Shown: in pieces, positions 54,291 to 64,000 of the stretch
How positions within the stretch are numbered: the first letter of the stretch is position 1
Layout of the letters: every line of letters starts with the position of its first letter
NCBI RefSeq assembly: GCF_009914755.1
Contig: NC_060936.1
DNA: 64,000 nt
Direction: 5' to 3' (one strand)
Source of the DNA: the human T2T-CHM13v2.0 reference genome, Homo sapiens
The notes under the pieces: generated by a model
Told to the model about the DNA's origin: nothing
Seen by the model: only the letters and a program-made list of their open reading frames with translations
Database searches by the model: none
Translations under genes and position numbers: made by a program

Positions 54291-54439
54291 AAAATTTTTA
54301 TAGTTTCGGGTCTTACGTTTACGCCTTTGATTGATCTTGAGTTAATTTTTGTATATGGTGAGAGATGGGGTCCAGTTTCATTCTTCTCCATATGACTATC
54401 TGGTTTTCCGAGCACAACTTATTGAACAGGGTGTCCTTT

Positions 54440-55349
54440 TGAGAGGTGACAGCATACTGGCAGCGCTCGCAGCCCTCGCTCGCTCTCGTTGCCTCCTCGG
54501 CCTTGGCGCCCATTCTGGCGGCGCTTGAGGAGCCCTTCAGCCCGCCGCTGCACCCTGGGAGCCCTTCTCCGGGCTGGCCGAGGCCGGAGCCGGCTCCCTC
54601 GGCTTCCGGGGAGGTGTGCAGGGAGAGGCACAAGCGGGAACCGGGGCTGCGCCCGGCGCTTGCGGGCCAGCTGGAGTTCCGGGTGTGCGTGGGCTTGGCG
54701 GACACCGCACTCGGAGCGGCCGGCCCGAGCAGTGAGGGGCTTAGCACCTGGGCCAGCAGTTGCGGAGGGTGGGCTGGGTGCCCCAGCAGTGCCGGCCCAC
54801 CGGCGCTGCGCTCGATTTCTCGCAGGGCCTCAGCTGCCTCCCTGCGGGTCAAGTCTCAGGACCTGCAGCCCGCCAGGAGCCTCCCCCTCTCCCCCCTCCA
54901 GACCAATCAGCAGGATGTGGGTGGGGCCGGATAAGAGAATAAAAGCAGGCTGCCCGCGCCTGCAGTGCCAACCTGACGAGGTCTCCTTCCACACTGTGGG
55001 AGGTTTGTTCTTTCGCTCTTTGCAATAAATCTTGCTGTTGCTCACTCTTTGGGTCCACACTGCCTTTATGAGTTGTAACACTCACCACGAAGGTCTGCAG
55101 CTTCACTCCTGAAGCCAGCAAGACCACAAACCCACCGGGAGGAACGAACAACTCCAGACGCGCCGCCTTAAGAGCTGTAACAATCACCCCGAATGTCTGC
55201 AGCTTCACTCCTGAGCCAGTGAGACCACGAACCTGCCAGAAGGAACAAACTCCGAACCGCCGCCTTTAAGAACTGTAACACTCACCGCGAGGGTCCGCGA
55301 CTTCATTCTTGAAGTCAGTGAGACCAAGAACCCACCAATTCCGGACACA
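54440..55349 (+). mobile_element. LTR12C-type (ERV9) solo LTR, internally deleted
   Basis: Starts tgagaggtgacagc, ends ccaattccggacaca; 4-bp TSD cttt; CpG-rich U3 5' part; three U5 repeats ctgtaacactcacc. Confidence 0.96.
54901..54945 (+). promoter_or_regulatory. ERV9 LTR core promoter motifs
   Basis: CCAAT 54903, GGGTGGGG 54919, GATAAG 54930, TATA-like AATAAAA 54938; activity not shown. Confidence 0.6.
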
Positions 55350-55559
55350 CTTTCCCTGTTGCATATTTTTGTTGACTTTGTTGAAGGTGAGTTGGTGTAA
55401 GTAGATAGCTTTACTTCTGAGTTCTCTATTGTGTTCCATTGATCTATGTATCTATTTTTATACCAGTACCATTCTGTTTTGGGTAGCATATCCAACTGAG
55501 ATTTGAACCAGCAGATACAAAAAGCATAACAACAACAACAACAAAAATGAGGGAACAAC

Positions 55560-56011
55560 TGTGACAGGTTTCCAAATGTAGCTGCAACATTACCTCCCCT
55601 CCCACAAGCTCTTCAGTCATGCAGCCTTGCTACTCTTCCATGAAAAGTCTATTCCATCCTCTTGAATCTGGGTTGAAGCTGTGACTGCTTTGGCCAATGC
55701 CACCCTGCAAACATAAAGCTATGCTCAGACTAGACATACCCCTTAATTGGCCAGGTAGCTTCTGTTTTGCTTCCGTTGGAGCTGTGAGTTGTGCTTAAGA
55801 AAGGGCAAGTGGTTCTTCTGAGGAAGAGGACACATAGAGGAGCATGGAGCACCTCAGACTTCTAGCCCAATGGAGCCTTCAATGACTCCAGCCTCAGCCT
55901 TTATCTGACAGTGAACACCTGAGATACTCCAAGTGAGAACTACCCAAATGAGTCCAGTAAATTCAAAAAACTATGAAAGAAAATACAAATTGGTGTTTTT
56001 TAAAGACACTA
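55560..56011 (+). mobile_element. MLT1G/H-like LTR
   Basis: ctcttgaatctggg...gtgactgctttggccaat...ccaagtgagaactaccca. Confidence 0.75.
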
Positions 56012-56292
56012 GAAATAAATCCCCAAACGGCAATTAATGTAGTAAAACAATGTGCTGCCTAATTGTAATTAATTTTACAATAAAACTGTTCAAATGTAAA
56101 ACATAGGTCTTAAAATATATGATATAGGATTCTAACAAAATGTGTTAACGATATTTCAGAACTAAAACTCCAGATTCTTTTGACAAAAAAAAGTAAGAGA
56201 AGAAAGAATTAAAAGTGTAATGCATTTCTCAAATTATATGGAATATGAAAATAGTTACTATTTCATTCTTGACATTGATAAATTCATATTTA

Positions 56293-58865
<2,573 letters not shown>

Positions 58866-59418
58866 ATATCTACCACTGAGGCAATACGATGTTTAATGGT
58901 GTGTTTATTAATAAAGAAATTGAAAACCTCATTTTGAGAGACAGAATTTCTTGCCAATGTAATACTAAGCTCCAAACTAAACTTAAAGTCTGAACATATT
59001 TTCCCAACTTAAAATAGTTTTAATTGTGCTTTTACCTCCCGGTTTTCTCATTTCTCTTTGCCAAATTTTGGCCCAGGGAATAGAGTGTAACAGTACTATT
59101 AGTAGCCATCTGACAAGGGATTAAAATAATTTATGGTTTGAACTATGGATATACAGGTTCTGTACCACTGCTTATGAAGTAATAAATGTAGCTGGTTTTT
59201 ACTATTACAGATTAAGTTTTCACATTCATATATTAAGGAAACATCAGTGTTTCAATTCTATCTCTACTTAAGAACAAACTAGCTAAGCAATTGTAAGCAA
59301 ATTATCAGATCTCACTGAGTTCACTTTCTGCTTCAGTAAAATGTGCAGTATATAAATGTTGGCTCATAGGGTTGTTGTAATGGGAATAATAACACTTATC
59401 TTAAAAGGTTTTGTAAGA

Positions 59419-59714
59419 GGCCTGGCACAGTGGCTCACACCTGTAATCCCAGCACTTTGGGAGGCTAAGGCAGGTGTATCATGAGGTCAGGAGATTGAGA
59501 CCAGCCTGGCTAACACGGTGAAACCCAGTTTCTACTAAAAATACAAATAATTAGCCAGGCGTGGTGGCGTGCGCCTGTAGTCCCAGCCATTCAGGAGGCT
59601 GAAGCAGGAGAATCGCTTGAACCCAGTAGGCGGAGGTTGCAGTGAGCCGACATTGCGCCACTGCACTCCAACCCGGACGACAGAGTGAAACTCTGTCTCA
59701 AAAAAAAAAAAAAA
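59419..59714 (+). mobile_element. AluSc-type inserted in a MIR
   Basis: Full dimer; TSD aaaaggttttgtaaga / aaaaggttttgtgaga. Confidence 0.96.
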
Positions 59715-61523
59715 AAAAGGTTTTGTGAGAATTATATGATCTGATCATGACAAAATTTACAACAATGCCTAACAAGACTATCATGTTATTGTTTCACAAA
59801 CTTTTTCTTTGAGTCTCTTCAAGAACTCTACGAGCCAGGTGGAGCTTATAATGACTATTATTTTTTACTCATTGTACAGATGAGGAAAGAGAAATTAAAT
59901 TCATAGACAGGACTATATTCAGTGGGTATACAGTGATACATTGTTATGAGATGTCAAGATGTTAAGATCCTTCCATACAAGCTGGTAAATAGTTACTGCC
60001 AGTGCCCCAAGGACCATTTTTCCAGCTTCTCCCCTGGAACCCATTGCCCATTCCATGATCCAGCAACTGAAAGGCTAACATGCAACTAGCAGGAGGACTT
60101 GAGGACAGCTTGGCTGGTGACCACAAATTCCCAATTATTAAGTGTTTTGAATATAACCTTTGTTTTTTGTAAATGTCAAACCTAAGATTAACAGGTCATT
60201 TGAGTTCTAATTTACATAATAGACTAAATAAGGAGAAAAACATGAGACTATAGTTTCAGTGTATAAGCTTCTCTTAAGTAAAAAATGGGAGAAAATCCAG
60301 AATAGGGGAGAGAATATTCGTAATGCTGTCTGGTTGATAGAATTAAATCATCTGAGTAACAGGTTTTAAAAGTTCAATATAGTGAAGGTTGAACATTAAT
60401 AGAAATATGCATATGCCATATTTATTATAAGGTCCTTTTTATATTTTGTAGCAAAATTGGATGTTTTACAATAAAATATGAACTTGTATTGCTTTTATGA
60501 TTTTGTTATATCAAAACCTTAGGAACATTCTGCAAAGGCAGTTAGGATGACAGTAACAACCACCTGTTTATTTGTACATTTTAATTTTGAAAAGTTGCAT
60601 TTACAGCATAAAATTTAAGAAAAATTCTAAAATAAAAAACAATAAAACCATATTACCATGCTTTAAATGTTCAATATTAAAAACGGTTTAAAATATAAAT
60701 TACCTGTAGGAGAAAGTAGACAGAGCTAATTCAGAGACCCTCAGTAACTACAAAGCAATAGACAACATTGACCAACCTCTTATGGGTTTCATGTCAATTT
60801 CACTCAATTTCATGTCGATTTCACTATAGAAACTATAGCCTCTGTATCATAGGAGTGAAATTTAAAAATAAGTTATCTCATTACATAAAAATTCCTATTA
60901 TATCACTATCAAAGAGCTTATAATAGGTAAATAGGCAAAAATAAATAAATGTTCACAGGAGACCTTGAGCTTACCATAGTTTTAGGTTCCAAAAGTCTAT
61001 AAACTGGTAAGTTGGAACTCGGAATATATTTTTCCATTGCTATAATTTTCTACTATATTTCCTGGTTCTTTGCATATATGTCACCTCCCACTTGAATTTG
61101 TAAAACCTTTTAAATCAAGTCTCAGGTTATATTATTTATATTTCCTAGAAGACGTAGCACACTCTATTGCTAGCAGGCATTAACTATAAAACAAATGTGT
61201 AGATTAACTAATTAATAAACAAAGTAGCAAAAAGAAATTAATTAATGATGGTCAGATTTCTAGACCAGCCCAGTTCAATTCTCCAATTAAATTCAATAAA
61301 TATTTTTGATCCTCCACACTGGGCCAGGCACCTTAAACTAAAAAAATACAAAACCTACACCATAATATCAGTTCATCTAATCAGCACTCATACTGGGTAT
61401 TTTCTAATGCATTTTGATTTCTCACATCTCCAGAGTAAAAAAAGTTGTTAATTCTTTATTTGATATTTAAAATTTGCATGAAAGAGAATACCTCTCCACA
61501 TCTGTAGAGCTACTCTTCAGGAA

Positions 61524-61584
61524 ACACACACACACACACACACAGACACAGACACACACACACACACACACAGAGAGAGAGAGA
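61524..61584. repeat. (CA)n(GA)n microsatellite
   Basis: Read directly. Confidence 0.95.
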
Positions 61585-62939
61585 AAACTAAGGGAAAAAT
61601 TTATAAAACAATAAGACACCTAAAATCATACCTGAATTTGATGCCGCTTAGTTTACTGCTCAAATCTTTGATTATTTGGCCACAACTTCAATCTCCTCAA
61701 TAAATTAAAAGGTGGCTTCTAATCATATTCAAAAATAGGAGGGAAAGCTCTTCCAGTAAATTTAGTGCCCTATTTGACCCACCTCCAAAAGTTAATTTAA
61801 AATAACAAGCATTTGCCAACCAACCCAACCAGGAACTGTAACTAAAACCATAATACCATGTGATCAGCCATTTGAGATGCTGTTGACAAATCTTCCATTA
61901 GAGCAGGTTAAACTACCATCATTAACAACTCATCAGTCAATCTGCTGAGAGTCCTTTCCTATATCATTTCCTCTCTGAATGCATGGGGGTCACACAGCAC
62001 TATTATATTAAATAACTCAGGGAAATCTGAAAAACGTTTAAGATGAAGTGTATGACATGGTGTATTATTTTCCATTTACGGGATATTTCCAGTTTTATAC
62101 TATCAGACTAGCACACATGGTATTCTCATCATTAGCATCAGAAGTTCCATAAACATATCACAAGTAATACAAGGGTCTATGGTTGCAATTTGCTTATAGT
62201 CACATCAAAAACAGTTTTCATGGTAGCAGTTTAGTTCCAGGAGTCATTTTTTCTCATTAGAAAACCAAAGCCAGCAAACAAATGCAGGATATGAGCAGGG
62301 TTGACAATCACTACTTGAAAGTCAGAACAACTGTGGTGTCACTTAGCTGACTGTTAGAGGATATTTGGGTGGAAATTAGACTAGTCCTGGCTTATTCAGT
62401 GCATCTTTTGAGTTTATTCCTGTTAAAGCCTAATTTTTAGATGATAACTGAAGAGAAATGTCTTACTCTCTCTAAAAGTAGATGTGACCTGGTGGTTTGT
62501 GTGGAATTACAAGACTTTTTAAAAACCCCTATTCGATGCTGTATGGATTCGAGATATTTTTCTTGGGTCTCTAGTTTTATAATCTGTTTCCTGTGAAGCT
62601 TACATGGCCAATTTTCTTATGAGAGAAGCTCTGTTTTGAGGACTAACAAATCCCAAAACACTAAATTTAAGTCCAAAATAAGCAGTTATCATAAAAGAAT
62701 ATTGAGTACTAGATCTTCGGTCATTTCAAAATTATTAGTGATACAATTTGTGACCACTTTTGTAATAGCCAACAGTTCACTACTTATATTCCTGGAAAAT
62801 ATTATGGAAGCTGTTCATAATCTTTTTAAAGAGCCACAAAAATTATTTTCATATTAAAATAAATAATAAATATTTAGCATTATCATAATGTTACATATAA
62901 CTTTAGTATGGTTTCCAGAATAGCATATACAACTGGTTT

Positions 62940-63435
62940 TCCTCCTACTTAACAATTGCTCCTTAGTCTGTTTTGCTGTTTCCTGCTCAACTTCCTGATC
63001 TCTCAGCACTTCATTAAAGTGTTGCCGGGCTCTGTCTTTGGACTTCTATGTATGCTCCATCACCTCAACTTTCATTACTTTAAAGACCATCAAAATGCTG
63101 ACAATGCCCAAATTTAGTCTGGACACCTCTCCTAACCTCCACACTCATATATCTAACTACTTACTCAATATCTCCATTTGGATATCTAATCTACATCTCA
63201 AGATTTACATGTCTAAAATTAAGGTCCTTATATTTTAACCTCCTCCTCTCTCCCACAAGCTGTTTCTCTCATAGTCTTCCCCAGCTCAATTAATGGTAAC
63301 TTCTAGCTATTCAGGCCAAAAATCTCAGCATAATCTTTAATTCTCTTTCTATCACATCCTATTGCAATGTGTTAGAAACATCCTATATACAATGCATTAG
63401 AAACTCTTTCAAAGGCTCCACCTTCAAAATATAGG
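62940..63435 (+). mobile_element. L2
   Basis: atatctaactacttactcaatatctccatttggatatctaat...tcttccccagctca...tcaggccaaaa. Confidence 0.82.
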
Positions 63436-63810
63436 CAATGGAATACTGTTTGTCAATGAAAAAGGGTGCACACACACATACACACACACAGATACTTGTA
63501 AAAGTGTCCAAAATACTTTGAGTCAAAGAAGCCAGAGGCAAAAGATTATACATAGTGTAATTCCATTTATGTGAGTTTCAAGAACTGGCCAACCCAATCT
63601 GTGGTGATAAATATCAGAATAATCATTTTCTCTGGGGAGTCACTGAGGGTATTGGCTAAAAACACACAAAGGAATTTGGGGAGAATTAAAATGTTCTATT
63701 ATTTGATCTGGGTGATGGTTACAAGGATGCATACACATGTTAAAATCCATTAGGTTGTTCACTTAAAAATTATTAATTTTATTGTATATTAATCATCCCT
63801 CAAGTAAGTA
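63436..63810 (+). mobile_element. L1ME 3' fragment
   Basis: caatggaatact...aagaagccaga...ttgatctgggtgatggttaca. Confidence 0.8.
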
Positions 63811-64000
63811 TTAATATGTATAGAACATATATTTCTATTGCCTTGGAAGGGTCAAAAGGTGGTGTATTTAGTCACACAGAAGTCTCTTTGAAAAGATTAA
63901 GCTGTGACTCAGATTCTCCCAACCATCTAAGCAAAAACCAAAAATTGGGATGGGGTTATTTAGGAAAACCCTGTGGAAAGCCTCTTGTCTAATAGAGTAA

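Larger units (their letters stand above)
54292..55485 (-). mobile_element. L1P ORF2 fragment (~280 bp) split by LTR12C
   Basis: gagttaatttttgtatatggtgagag...gtgtcc|tttccc...gttccattgatctatg; colinear across the LTR. Confidence 0.88.

Noticed and set aside
54319-55558. Several overlapping 100-180 aa ORFs
   Set aside because: GC-rich LTR12C sequence has few stops; they match LTR and L1, not a gene
60787-60825. 21-bp tandem duplication (also an 11-bp duplication at 46640)
   Set aside because: Ordinary slippage events with no further signal

Overview
Primate genomic DNA, most likely human or another hominoid (AluJ/S/Y, L1PA/PB/M and an ERV9 LTR12C are present). It is AT-rich, CpG-poor and roughly half or more transposable-element derived. 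I find no intact protein-coding gene, RNA gene, CRISPR array or prokaryote-type system. The ORFs I can interpret are L1, Alu, LTR or microsatellite read-throughs; the other short ORFs show no recognisable protein. The window looks like a long intron or gene desert. L1 sequence is strongly biased to the + strand, which suggests (inference only) a host gene on the - strand. I did not find a new multi-gene biological system. The best observations are mechanistic oddities in the repeat record: a Tigger3b flanked by a 17-bp TA-to-TA direct repeat instead of a 2-bp TA duplication; an LTR12C missing its U3 enhancer repeats but keeping the core promoter; a 67-bp templated self-insertion in an L1; an in-place micro-inversion in an L1 3' end; an L1 with a foreign 3' terminus; a triple-TSD micro-Alu/Alu pair; a 225-bp polypurine tract with (GAA)28; and CpG-retaining unique islands and splice-site-like motifs. 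Subfamily names are from remembered consensus sequences and need RepeatMasker/Dfam confirmation. Boundaries of old repeats are approximate.
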